Counted from the first letter of the stretch, positions 35,913 through 44,694 are shown. The stretch: DNA of 62,866 nucleotides from an uncultured Acidimicrobiales bacterium (GCA_938009905.1 CALLGK010000284.1:1-62866); one strand, 5' to 3'. The notes: generated from the sequence alone by a model not told the origin. A program made the numbers and translations.

Positions 35913-37490
35913 TTAGCGAGCGACCTCCATCACGTCGCCACCGTTTTGGCCAGAGGTGTGACCGGCCTCAAGCACCGCAACAACATCGCGGGACTGCTGG
36001 GGTGCGACGGCGAGCGCCTCGCCAAGCAGGAGGTGGTCGGCCAAGTTGCGGTGGAATCCCCATCCGGGGTGAGGTGCGGGGCGGACGACAGATTCTGTGA
36101 GCCCAGCGCCCGATTCGTAGGTGGACACCGTGAGGTCGACGGGAGCTTCGGCATGGTGCGAGACCGTGTCGACGTAGCCACGGCCGGGCTGCACGTCAAC
36201 GGAAGAGATCGGGGCGTAGTGCCCATCGATGGTGCCCGCAGTGCCCTGCACGTAGAACTTCGGCCGGCGAATGGCGGCGATGTCACTTTGGCGGAACGTG
36301 GCCTCTCGCCCGTCCGACCATTGCATCCAGAGCGAGAGCTGATCGACGTTTGTGGTGTCGTGCCAGACTCTTGTGTGCGTGGTGCACATCACTCGAGCGG
36401 GGGCCGAACCGTAGAGCCGCACAATCCAATCGACATGGTGGGAACCCCAGTCGTAGATGGCGCCACCAGAGACCGACTCTTCTGAGTGCCATGCCCGACA
36501 GGGGTGTTCGAAGCCGCCAACGAAGGTCTCGATGTTGAACGTCTCGCCGATCTGGCCCGACTCCATGACGCGACGCAGGGCCAGGAAGTCACGATCCCAC
36601 CGGCGGCTTTGGTGCACGGTGAGTACACGGTTGTGCTCGGCCGCCGTCTGCATCATGAGATCGGCATCTGCTGTCTTCAAGCACATTGGCTTTTCGACGA
36701 CCACGTGCTTGCCGGCCCTGAGCAGTTCGAGGCCAATCTCGGCGTGCAGTACTGGTGGCGTTGCAACGATGGCGATGTCGACGCTGTCGTCTGCCGCGAG
36801 GGCCGACGCAGAGTCGTGCATGTTCAGATCAGGGAAGTCGCCTTGGGCCGCAACGAGCCGATCACGCGATGAATCGGCGGCGGCCACCAGATGCAGCCCC
36901 TCTGTTTCGGTTGCGGCGAGACCGTGCAGGTAACCCATGCCTCCGAACGGGCCATAGCCCACGACGCCAATGCCAAGTGAGGTGGTTCGCACCGGTTGCC
37001 CAACTCGGGCTAGGCGACGGACGAACAGTCCAAGGGTCGGATGGTCAAGGAGGGCTCGAAGGTCGGCGATGCCGGTTCCGACGACAACACCTTCACCGAT
37101 GGCCCGCACCGTGATGGTGGGGTGATGGTTGAACCGAACGCTTGTGGTGGCCGCCACCGAGGTGTCGTCACTGGGAGACAGCGCGCAGAGCTGGCTGACG
37201 ATGGGCACCTCGCCGTCGAGCCGGGCCGCTGCTGGGTCGTCGCTCAGGGTGACGAACCACTCGGTGAGCGGGAGCGACTCGGATACCCGTGCTCCGGCGA
37301 GAATAGACGCCTCGCTGTCTCCTGGCTGGAGGGCCACAAGAGCTGCTCCGCCCTGCTCGACATGACGCTCAAGGGCTTCTCGGCGCTCGGAAGACAGCGG
37401 ACCGCCTTCCTCGCTTGCTACACACAAGAGGTCTGGACCTTCGGCTGCGCCGACGCCCTGCGCAAACTGCGTTTTCCCGTTTTGGATCAT
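35913..37490 (-). CDS. Gfo/Idh/MocA family oxidoreductase with extra ~170-aa N-terminal domain
   Basis: IGVVGYGPFGG..., HVVVEKPMCL, and a C-terminal Gfo/Idh/MocA alpha/beta domain. ATG 37490 (MIQNGK) is preferred over TTG 37508. Confidence 0.8.
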   Translation of the reverse strand: MIQNGKTQFAQGVGAAEGPDLLCVASEEGGPLSSERREALERHVEQGGAALVALQPGDSEASILAGARVSESLPLTEWFVTLSDDPAAARLDGEVPIVSQLCALSPSDDTSVAATTSVRFNHHPTITVRAIGEGVVVGTGIADLRALLDHPTLGLFVRRLARVGQPVRTTSLGIGVVGYGPFGGMGYLHGLAATETEGLHLVAAADSSRDRLVAAQGDFPDLNMHDSASALAADDSVDIAIVATPPVLHAEIGLELLRAGKHVVVEKPMCLKTADADLMMQTAAEHNRVLTVHQSRRWDRDFLALRRVMESGQIGETFNIETFVGGFEHPCRAWHSEESVSGGAIYDWGSHHVDWIVRLYGSAPARVMCTTHTRVWHDTTNVDQLSLWMQWSDGREATFRQSDIAAIRRPKFYVQGTAGTIDGHYAPISSVDVQPGRGYVDTVSHHAEAPVDLTVSTYESGAGLTESVVRPAPHPGWGFHRNLADHLLLGEALAVAPQQSRDVVAVLEAGHTSGQNGGDVMEVAR

Positions 37491-37562
37491 GGTGCGACCG
37501 CCTCTCAAGACGGTTTGACACTAGCGAGGCGCCCAAGGAGGTCATCCGAGAATCACCCGAAT

Positions 37563-37610
37563 TGTCCCTCGGGAACAGCAACTCATCTCCCATGTCCCCC
37601 CCCGGGGACA
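37563..37610. promoter_or_regulatory. Two related TGTCCC...GGGACA palindromes in a divergent promoter region (candidate operator)
   Basis: TGTCCC-tc-GGGAACA (37563-37577) and the perfect TGTCCCC-cccc-GGGGACA (37593-37610). They lie between oxidoreductase start 37490 (-) and ABC-importer start 37675 (+). Confidence 0.3.
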
Positions 37611-37674
37611 GTTTTGCGACCAGCTCGCAAGTAGCGACACTCGCTCGTAGGTTGAGTAGGTGCCCCGCCAACGG

Positions 37675-38679
37675 ATGTCTCGATACGTCGCCCTACTCGT
37701 GGCGCTTGCCATGATCGCTACCGCCTGTGGCGGCGACGACGGTCAAACGACAGAGTTGGGCGCGGCCGAGACCGACATCGTGGTGGTCACGACCGTCGCC
37801 CCCATCACGTCGATTGCGGCGAGCATCATCGGCGATCGGGCCACGATCAGAGGCATCGTGCCCGAGGGGACGAACTCGCATACCTTTGAGCCATCCCCTT
37901 CAGCCGCCGAGGTCCTCAGCGAAGCTGACGTGATCTTCATCAACGGGTTGCAACTCGAAGAACCAACGAAACGCCTAGCGCTGACCAACATGCAGGACGG
38001 CACGCCGCTGATCGAACTTGGCGACCTCACCATCTCGCCAGACCAATACAAATACGACTTTTCGTTTCCCGAAGACGATGGCAAGCCGAATCCGCATCTA
38101 TGGACCGACCCGACACTGGTGACGGTGTACGCCGACCTCATTCTCGAAACGATGATCGAGGTCGACCCTGACGGTGCCGAGACCTACACCGCGAACCATG
38201 CCGACTTCGTGAGCCTCGTCGAGCGATTCGATGTGGCGGTTGGGGAATCTCTCGACACGGTGCCGGCTGAGAATCGCAAGCTGGTCACCTACCACGATGC
38301 CTACGCCTACTTCGCTGACACCTACGGCTGGACCGTCGTCGGCGCCATTCAGCCGGCTGACTTCGGTGAGCCAACACCGGCCGAGGTTGTTCAACTGATC
38401 GAACAGGTCGAGGCAGAGGGTGTGCCCGCAATCTTTGGATCTGAGGTGTTCCCATCTCCGGTCCTCGAACAGATCGCCAACGAAACCGGTGCGACCTACG
38501 TCGACGATCTCCGCGACGACGACCTGCCAGGCGAGACGGGCGACCTTGAGCACTCGTGGCTTGGGTTGATGCGATTCAACTTCATCACGATGACCGAATC
38601 GCTGGGCGGCGACCCATCGGCGCTTGAGGCGTTTGAACTTGTCGAGGTCGACACCAGCACGGCGGAGTTTCCTCAGTGA
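37675..38679 (+). CDS. Metal (Zn/Mn-type) ABC transporter substrate-binding lipoprotein (TroA/ZnuA cluster)
   Basis: Lipobox LAMIATAC-GG, with NSHTFEPSP, NPHLWTDP and YHDAYAYF. No His-rich loop. ATG 37675 (alternative GTG 37660). Confidence 0.85.
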   Translation: MSRYVALLVALAMIATACGGDDGQTTELGAAETDIVVVTTVAPITSIAASIIGDRATIRGIVPEGTNSHTFEPSPSAAEVLSEADVIFINGLQLEEPTKRLALTNMQDGTPLIELGDLTISPDQYKYDFSFPEDDGKPNPHLWTDPTLVTVYADLILETMIEVDPDGAETYTANHADFVSLVERFDVAVGESLDTVPAENRKLVTYHDAYAYFADTYGWTVVGAIQPADFGEPTPAEVVQLIEQVEAEGVPAIFGSEVFPSPVLEQIANETGATYVDDLRDDDLPGETGDLEHSWLGLMRFNFITMTESLGGDPSALEAFELVEVDTSTAEFPQ

Positions 38680-39503
38680 CAAACCCCAACGAGGTTCCGC
38701 CCACAATCGATCTGCGAACCGGTCGTTCACCAGAGCCGACCGAAACCATGATCGAGGCGAGCGGCCTCTCGGTTGACTACGGAGGCCCGGAGGTTTTGAC
38801 CAACGTCGACCTCACGGTCGAACAGGGCGACCTCATTGGCATCGTTGGCCCGTCGGGGTCAGGTAAGTCGACGCTGCTTCGAGCATTGCTCGGCACGGTG
38901 TCACCCAGCCGGGGTGCGGTGACCCGCAAGCCCGGCCTGTCCGTCGGCCTTGTCCCCCAGGTCGAGAACATCGACTGGGATTTTCCCGTCACCGTCACCG
39001 AGTGCGTTGGCATGGCACGAGCCAAGGGTTGGCGCACGCCGTGGATCAACAAGTCCGAGCGCAACGCCATCATGACGGTGCTCGAACGGCTCGGGCTCGA
39101 TGGTCTCGAGCGGCGCCACATTCGCGATCTCTCTGGCGGCCAGCAGCAGCGAATGTTCCTGGCCAGGGCGCTTTACACCGATGCTGCAGTGATCTTCCTC
39201 GACGAACCGACATCTGGTCTCGATGTGAAAACACGCCACGACGTACTGCACCTCCTCGACGATCTCAACGGCGATGGCCTCACCGTGGTGCTCACCACCC
39301 ACGATCTCAACGGCATCGCCGCTCATCTGCCGACCATCGTGTGCTTGAACCAGCACGTGATCGGAGCTGGCAGTCCGGAGGAAGTGCTTGTCCCCCACGT
39401 GCTCGAACAGACCTACGGATCGCCGATGGAAATCCTGGAACACGGGGGTATGCGGGTCGTTGTTGATGCGCCTCGAAGCCCCAAGGCGGTCGAGTCCGCA
39501 TGA
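38676..39503 (+). CDS. Metal ABC transporter ATP-binding protein
   Basis: Walker A GPSGSGKST, signature LSGGQQQR, and Walker B VIFLDEPTSGLD. GTGA overlap with the upstream gene. Confidence 0.9.
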   Translation: MTNPNEVPPTIDLRTGRSPEPTETMIEASGLSVDYGGPEVLTNVDLTVEQGDLIGIVGPSGSGKSTLLRALLGTVSPSRGAVTRKPGLSVGLVPQVENIDWDFPVTVTECVGMARAKGWRTPWINKSERNAIMTVLERLGLDGLERRHIRDLSGGQQQRMFLARALYTDAAVIFLDEPTSGLDVKTRHDVLHLLDDLNGDGLTVVLTTHDLNGIAAHLPTIVCLNQHVIGAGSPEEVLVPHVLEQTYGSPMEILEHGGMRVVVDAPRSPKAVESA

Positions 39504-40360
39504 TGGTTGCGATCACGTGGGCCGAGATCATCAAGCCGTTCGAGTTTGAGTTCTTCCGCAACGGCCTCGTGGTCGCCACAATCGCCGGAGCGCTGTGCGG
39601 CGTGATCGGCTGCTACGTCGTGCTCCGCAACATGAGCTACATCGGCCACGGGCTGGCTCACGCCGTGTTTGGTGGCTACGCAGCCGCTGGGCTGCTCGGC
39701 ATCAACCTTTTTCTGGGCGCCGGCATCTGGGGCGTGATTACTGCGCTGGGCGTGACTTCAATCGTGCGTCGGCGACCGATTGGGTCTGATGCGGCCATTG
39801 GTGTCATCACCACCGCGTCGTTTGCGCTGGGCCTCGCTCTTGTGCAGCTCTACGGATCGCCGGGCCGCAGCGCAGATGCGTTGCTGTTTGGCAACGTGCT
39901 CGGCGTCAACAGAACAGACGTGTGGCTGATCGTCGTGGTTGCTGTCGTGTCGCTTGCCGCGATCCTCACCTTCTACCGCCCACTGTTGTTCACCACATTC
40001 GACGCCGAGGTGGCCGAGGCCACCGGCGTGAAGACTGCATTGGTTGACGGCGTGCTGATGGTGCTGCTGTCGGCGACGGTCCTCGCCACGATGAGCGTCA
40101 TGGGTGTCACCTTGATCGCCGCAAACCTCGTCATCCCCGCGGTGGTGGCCCGCATGCTCACCGACAGCTTCGGTCACATGCTCGGCTTTGCCGCGGTCAT
40201 CGGCGCCATCTGTGGGTTTGGCGGCATGAATGCCAGCTACCACCTCGATGTGGCCTCTGGCCCGACCATCGTGCTCGTCGCCTCCGTGTTCTTCATTGCT
40301 GCATTCGCCACGGGCGGACGGCTTCGGCAACGCGCCGGCGCTGTTGGGCACGCTCACTAG
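39500..40360 (+). CDS. Metal ABC transporter permease (ABC-3 family)
   Basis: 286 aa with about 8 TM segments. ATGA overlap with the ATPase gene. Confidence 0.9.
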   Translation: MMVAITWAEIIKPFEFEFFRNGLVVATIAGALCGVIGCYVVLRNMSYIGHGLAHAVFGGYAAAGLLGINLFLGAGIWGVITALGVTSIVRRRPIGSDAAIGVITTASFALGLALVQLYGSPGRSADALLFGNVLGVNRTDVWLIVVVAVVSLAAILTFYRPLLFTTFDAEVAEATGVKTALVDGVLMVLLSATVLATMSVMGVTLIAANLVIPAVVARMLTDSFGHMLGFAAVIGAICGFGGMNASYHLDVASGPTIVLVASVFFIAAFATGGRLRQRAGAVGHAH

Positions 40361-40362
40361 CG

Positions 40363-40821
40363 ATGCGGCGCGAACCAGCAGCCGACCTCGGGCAGGCCTC
40401 CAACCCGACTGATGCCGAGGCATTGCTGCGCGACTACGGATGCCGTGCCACTCGGTCACGCGTTGCCGTGCTCGAAGCGCTGCTGAGTCACGACGGTCCG
40501 ATTGGGGCGGCCGAACTGACCGAACTTGCCCAAGCTCGCGAACCATCGATCCACGAGGCGACGGTGTATCGAACGATCGGCGTGTTGTCTGAGCTCGGCC
40601 TTGTCAACCACGTGCACGCCGGGCACGGACCCTCGCTCGTTCGGCTGGCCACCAACAACGATCTCGTGGCCGTATGCCAAGACTGCGGCAAGATCGCAGA
40701 TGTGCCGGCAGCTGCGGTCGCTCCCCTCATCGACGCTGTCAAAGAGGATTCCGGCTTCGTGCTCGAACCCGGCCACTTTGCGCTCGAAGCCGTGTGCGCC
40801 ACCTGCCTCAAGCTCCGCTAA
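40363..40821 (+). CDS. Fur-family metalloregulator (Zur-like by context)
   Basis: wHTH ATVYRTIGVLSELGLVNHV and two CxxC pairs (CQDC, CATC). It lies 2 nt after the permease stop. Confidence 0.85.
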   Translation: MRREPAADLGQASNPTDAEALLRDYGCRATRSRVAVLEALLSHDGPIGAAELTELAQAREPSIHEATVYRTIGVLSELGLVNHVHAGHGPSLVRLATNNDLVAVCQDCGKIADVPAAAVAPLIDAVKEDSGFVLEPGHFALEAVCATCLKLR

Positions 40822-40855
40822 ACCCCCGTTCTCCCCCTCCCACTCTCAGAAAAAT

Positions 40856-40910
40856 CCCGTTCTGGAGGCCGTAGACCACGTTTTGGTGCTCTACGGCCTC
40901 CAGAACCGGG
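40856..40910. repeat. Palindromic intergenic element, copy A
   Basis: CCCGTTCTGGAGGCCGTAGA-c-CAC-gttttg-GTG-c-TCTACGGCCTCCAGAACCGGG, a hairpin of about 20 bp, lies 35 nt after the Fur-family stop. Confidence 0.85.
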
Positions 40911-41179
40911 GAAACTCGGGTGACAGAGGGTGCGAGGTGACCTACCGTGCCTCTCGATCGGGTCATGTTGGGCTCGGCTGACTCAGGAGGAACCACTTCG
41001 ATGACTGTCTCTGCGCTTCTCGTCTCCGCCGATCTCGCTACCCGTAGGGCCTGACGCCACCTCCTTTCCGCTGCCACCTCGTTTGAGGCGCCGCAGCGAC
41101 GACAGCGTGGGTGATCGGTTTCCAACCGAGGCTTTGGCGCGCCGCTGGGCGAGTCGAGCCAAACCGATCGCTGAGGCTC

Positions 41180-42034
41180 ATGCCTCACACCAGAGGGAAG
41201 CCACGCGTGTCAACGCACCCATCAACACCACAGAATCCGTCCGGCTCAGCCGGCCTGCCCGGACCGTCTAACCCGGGTCAGCCGGGTCAGCCGGAGTGGC
41301 TCGTCGACGAGCCGTTTGACGACGTCGATCTTGGCCTGTTGCGTTCCGGCAAGGAAGCGCAGATCAACGTTGTCGAACGAACAGGAGTAGACGGCACAAG
41401 CTGCCTGCTCGCGCTCAAGCGCTACCTGCCTAGACAGGTGAAGCACAAAGGACAGCTCGAAGCCATGGGAGTCGAGCGCGCCTCTGCGTTCCGGAATGAC
41501 GTTGCCTATCGAGAGGGTCGGCAGTTTCGCAAGACTCGAGACCGGCGTGCCATCGAACGCATGTCGACCTACGGAAAGCGGTTGATGCAAGACCGTTGGA
41601 CAGGTCACGAACACGACGTCATGTCGAAGCTGTGGGAGGCGGGCTTGCGGGTTCCGTATCCCGTGTCATACGCCGATGATTTGTTCACGCTCGAGTACGT
41701 GGGCGATCGGGCTGGCGCGGCCCCCCAGCTCAACGGAGCTCGGATTGATCGCAGTGATATGAGCGGCGTGTTCGAGCAGCTGCTCGATGGCCTCGCCATC
41801 ATGACCACGGCCGGCATCGCGCATGGCGACCTCTCGGCATACAACATTCTGTGGTGGAACGACGAGCTGTGGTTCATCGATTTCCCGCAGGCCATCGACA
41901 TCGCCACCAACCCGCAGGGGCTCAACTTCTTGCATCGCGATGTGCTCAACATCTGCGACTGGTTCTCGCGCCGCGGCGTCGACTCCGATCCAGAAGAAGT
42001 CTTCGCCGACCTCATCTCCCGCCACTACTCCTAA
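41180..42034 (+). CDS. RIO-type atypical serine protein kinase
   Basis: LRSGKEAQINVV, LALKRY (ATP lysine region), catalytic IAHGDLSAYNILW, and metal-binding FIDFPQA. ATG 41180 (alternative GTG 41111). Confidence 0.8.
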   Translation: MPHTRGKPRVSTHPSTPQNPSGSAGLPGPSNPGQPGQPEWLVDEPFDDVDLGLLRSGKEAQINVVERTGVDGTSCLLALKRYLPRQVKHKGQLEAMGVERASAFRNDVAYREGRQFRKTRDRRAIERMSTYGKRLMQDRWTGHEHDVMSKLWEAGLRVPYPVSYADDLFTLEYVGDRAGAAPQLNGARIDRSDMSGVFEQLLDGLAIMTTAGIAHGDLSAYNILWWNDELWFIDFPQAIDIATNPQGLNFLHRDVLNICDWFSRRGVDSDPEEVFADLISRHYS

Positions 42035-42050
42035 CGCAACCCCCCGCTCC

Positions 42051-42104
42051 CCCCGTTCTGGAGGCCGGAGAGCACCAAAACGTGCCCTACAGCCTCCAGT
42101 TCCC
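42051..42104. repeat. Palindromic intergenic element, copy B1
   Basis: CCCCGTTCTGGAGGCCGGAGAGCACCAAAACGTGCCCTACAGCCTCCAGTTCCC lies 17 nt after the RIO kinase stop. Confidence 0.85.
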
Positions 42105-42113
42105 AAGAGGGTT

Positions 42114-42168
42114 CCGGTTTTGGAGGCCGGAGAGCACCGAAACGTGGTGTACGGCCTCCAGTTCAGGG
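42114..42168. repeat. Palindromic intergenic element, copy B2 (tandem to B1)
   Basis: CCGGTTTTGGAGGCCGGAGAGCACCGAAACGTGGTGTACGGCCTCCAGTTCAGGG. Confidence 0.85.
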
Positions 42169-42267
42169 AAGAGGGGGTTGGTTTGACGGGGTGTGGAGGG
42201 GCCGAGAGACTCGGCGGCACCAGGTCAAGCGACCGCATCAGATTCCGACTGTTCGAAGGACACCATC

Positions 42268-42663
42268 ATGAGCGACCGTCAGCCCATCATCCCCGAAGGC
42301 AGCCAAGGCAGCTACGACCGATTCCACTTCGCCCCCGCCTTCAAGGTCGGCAACACCGTGTACGTCTCCGGCGTCATCGGGAGTGGGGATGACGGCAGCG
42401 TGCCAGAGTCACCAGACGACGAGTTTGCAAACGCCTTTGCCTCGCTCTCAGCAACCCTTGAAGCGGCCGGTGCATCAATGGCCGACATCGTCGACATCAC
42501 GTCATTTCACACCGACATGCCAGACACGCTCGGCAAGTTCATGAAGGCCAAAGACGCTGTGCTGGCCGAGCCGTACCCGGCATGGACCGCCATCGGCTGC
42601 ACCGCACTTGCCATCCCGGGAGCCCGAGCCGAGGTGAAAGCGACCGCAGTCATTCCCGACTAG
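42268..42663 (+). CDS. RidA/YjgF family reactive-intermediate deaminase-like protein
   Basis: ATG 42268 (GAAGGA 8 nt upstream). FAPAFKVGNTVYVSGVIG...AWTAIGCTALAIPGARAEVKATAV. Confidence 0.8.
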   Translation: MSDRQPIIPEGSQGSYDRFHFAPAFKVGNTVYVSGVIGSGDDGSVPESPDDEFANAFASLSATLEAAGASMADIVDITSFHTDMPDTLGKFMKAKDAVLAEPYPAWTAIGCTALAIPGARAEVKATAVIPD

Positions 42664-42709
42664 CTCGCTGACCACCCACAAGCCACCGGCTCGCCCCCTG
42701 AACGGATCC

Positions 42710-42779
42710 GGTGGGCCAGATCAGGTGGGCCAGATCAGGTCGGGCAGGTCAACCAGTCAGATCAGGTGACCCGACATCA
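42710..42779. repeat. Tandem ~14-bp repeat (about 5 units, first two perfect)
   Basis: GGTGGGCCAGATCA x2 (42710-42737), then GGTCGGGCAGGTCA, ACCAGTCAGATCA and GGTGACCCGACATCA. It sits between convergent genes, and the last unit contains the stop of gene 42777. Confidence 0.8.
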
Positions 42780-43418
42780 GAGCGGGGTGATCTCGGTGAT
42801 CACGACCGGGGAACTGTCAGCCCACGAGGCGGTCAATCCAACCTCGGGTTGAGAGCCCGCGACAGGCTGGCGATGCACGGCCATCTCGAAACGCTCATTG
42901 CGAAACACGTCGGTCGACGTGTCGGAACCAGCCGACTGCACCCGCTCAAAGCCGTTGACGACCGTTCGCTCGTTCGGCCATCCCCCACCGAGAATCCGGA
43001 TGTTGGAGGGAGCGACAATCCAGGCGCCCTCGTGCATCACCATGCCAAGCGCCTCGCCCTGTCCGGTGAGCGAGACGGCGGCCAGCATGGTGACGTACAG
43101 ATCCTCCGTCATGCCGTCGTACACCCAACGCTGACCGAGGGCCGAGTGATGGAAGTCAGCAACGAGCCCGTCGGCGTTGGACTCGACAGGCTCAGCCCGG
43201 TACGTCATCGGCACGTTCAGTACGACGCCATCGTTCAATACGAGCGCCGTTTCCATTCCGACCTGACCTTCTGGGTCGTCGAATCGGTAGCCACCGATCA
43301 TCTCAACGGGTGCCTCAGGGTGAGGACACCACGACTGCGTCGGCACCCATGCGGCGAGCACCTCCTGCTTGGAAGGCGTGATCGTGGCTTTGTGAAACAG
43401 ACCCATGCGCCTATTCAA
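42777..43418 (-). CDS. CG0192-related / maltokinase N-terminal-cap-like domain protein
   Basis: The N-terminus MGLFHKATITPSKQEVLAAWVPTQSWC...GGYRFDDPEGQVGMETALV...PMTYRAEP matches my recollection of this actinobacterial family. Confidence 0.55.
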   Translation of the reverse strand: MNRRMGLFHKATITPSKQEVLAAWVPTQSWCPHPEAPVEMIGGYRFDDPEGQVGMETALVLNDGVVLNVPMTYRAEPVESNADGLVADFHHSALGQRWVYDGMTEDLYVTMLAAVSLTGQGEALGMVMHEGAWIVAPSNIRILGGGWPNERTVVNGFERVQSAGSDTSTDVFRNERFEMAVHRQPVAGSQPEVGLTASWADSSPVVITEITPL

Positions 43419-43453
43419 ACGCGTTCTTGGTCGCTACGAGAGAACGTGGCCCT

Positions 43454-44644
43454 CTAGGGAAGCAATGGTGCGATCCGGGCGTCGTCCCAACCAAGCTCAG
43501 CCAACACTTCAGCGGTGTCTTGCCCTGGCCGAGGCGCATGGCGACGCAGCCTGGTTGGTGTGGCGTCGTAACGAATGGCGTCGCGCACCGCTCGGTACGA
43601 ACCTTCGGTTGGATGCTCCAGCACGGGCATGAGGTCGACGGCCGCGATGTGTTCGTCGTCGGCCAACTCGGCGAGATCAAGCACAGGGTTGGCCGGAATG
43701 GAGTTGGCATGGCAGAACTCCATCCACTCCGCAACGGTGCGGCTCGGAGCGACCTCGTCAAGAATGGCGTACAGGGCTTCTGAGTTGGCGATGCGGGCCG
43801 GGTGCGTGGCAAAGCGCGGATCGTCGAGCAGTTCGGTGCGACCCACGAAGTCGAAGAACACCTCCCAATTGGCCTGGGTGTACGGAAGCAGGGCCGCCCA
43901 TCCGTCAGCACACCGGTAGGGCTTGCGGTTGGGGTTGAGCACCCGGGGATAGCCGACGTCGCCCTCGGGCGGTTCGAAGATCTGGCCACCGTGATGTTCG
44001 ATGAGGTTGAACGCGGCGATCGTCTCGAACATCGGGACTTCAATGGCCTGGCCCGTTCCACCCCGCTCCCGGTGAATCACCGCAGCCATCACTGCCTGCA
44101 CGATGTGCAGTGAGCACACCTTGTCGGCCAGCACGGCCGGCGCGTACTGAGGCTCTCCGGTGATTCGCTGTTGCAAGGCTGCGAGTCCAGATATGGCTTG
44201 GATGGCATCGTCGTACGCTGCTCGGTCGGCATAGGGACCATCGGATCCGTAGCCATTGGCTACGCAATGAATGAGGTTGGGATGGCGAGCTCGCAGCGTG
44301 GCGGCATCAAGCCCAAGTCGGGTCAGGGCGGCGGCCCGCATGTTGGAGACGAACACATCGGCCGATGCGATCAGCTCAGCCATCGCCGCCGCGCCCTCTT
44401 CACTCTTGAGGTCGAGAGCGACACTTCGCTTGTTGCGATGGGCGTTGAGCGCGATGGCGTTCATGCTCTGGCTTTTCGCCGGTGGCGAGTTGAGGAACGT
44501 CTCACCACCTGGCGCTTCCACCCGGATGACGTCCGCGCCGTGGTCGGCAAGCATGCGAGTTGCCAGTGGCCCCATCAAGATGGTGGTCAGGTCAACGACC
44601 CGCAAACCGCAGAGTGCGCCGTTCGGTTCGGTGTCACCGTTCAC
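43454..44644 (-). CDS. Family III CoA-transferase (CaiB/BaiF), second copy
   Basis: LCGLRVVDLTTILMGPLATRMLADHGADVIRVEAPGGE. Confidence 0.85.
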   Translation of the reverse strand: MNGDTEPNGALCGLRVVDLTTILMGPLATRMLADHGADVIRVEAPGGETFLNSPPAKSQSMNAIALNAHRNKRSVALDLKSEEGAAAMAELIASADVFVSNMRAAALTRLGLDAATLRARHPNLIHCVANGYGSDGPYADRAAYDDAIQAISGLAALQQRITGEPQYAPAVLADKVCSLHIVQAVMAAVIHRERGGTGQAIEVPMFETIAAFNLIEHHGGQIFEPPEGDVGYPRVLNPNRKPYRCADGWAALLPYTQANWEVFFDFVGRTELLDDPRFATHPARIANSEALYAILDEVAPSRTVAEWMEFCHANSIPANPVLDLAELADDEHIAAVDLMPVLEHPTEGSYRAVRDAIRYDATPTRLRRHAPRPGQDTAEVLAELGWDDARIAPLLP

Positions 44645-44694
44645 GCCTGAACCCTAGAACTCCTGAGCCGGCGGGCCGCAACTAGATCGAAGCG

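Noticed and set aside
37509-37674. Search for a canonical AT-rich Zur/Fur box upstream of the metal ABC operon.
   Set aside because: None was visible by eye, because the region is GC-rich. Only the GC-rich palindromes reported above were found.
41001-41054. 17-codon ORF (MTVSALLVSADLATRRA) preceded by AGGAGG in the long leader upstream of the RIO kinase gene, considered as a possible leader peptide.
   Set aside because: It is too short to evaluate, the SD spacing is about 10 nt, and no attenuator structure or regulatory codon run is evident.
40856-42168. Palindromic elements as integron attC sites, with the RIO kinase as a gene cassette.
   Set aside because: The element ends (GTTCTGG / CCAGAAC) do not fit the attC R''/R' cores (RYYYAAC / GTTRRRY). 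No intI integrase or cassette array is present. One copy sits between convergent genes.
42710-42779. Tandem repeats as a CRISPR array.
   Set aside because: The units are 13-15 bp and directly abutting, with no spacers. No cas genes are present.
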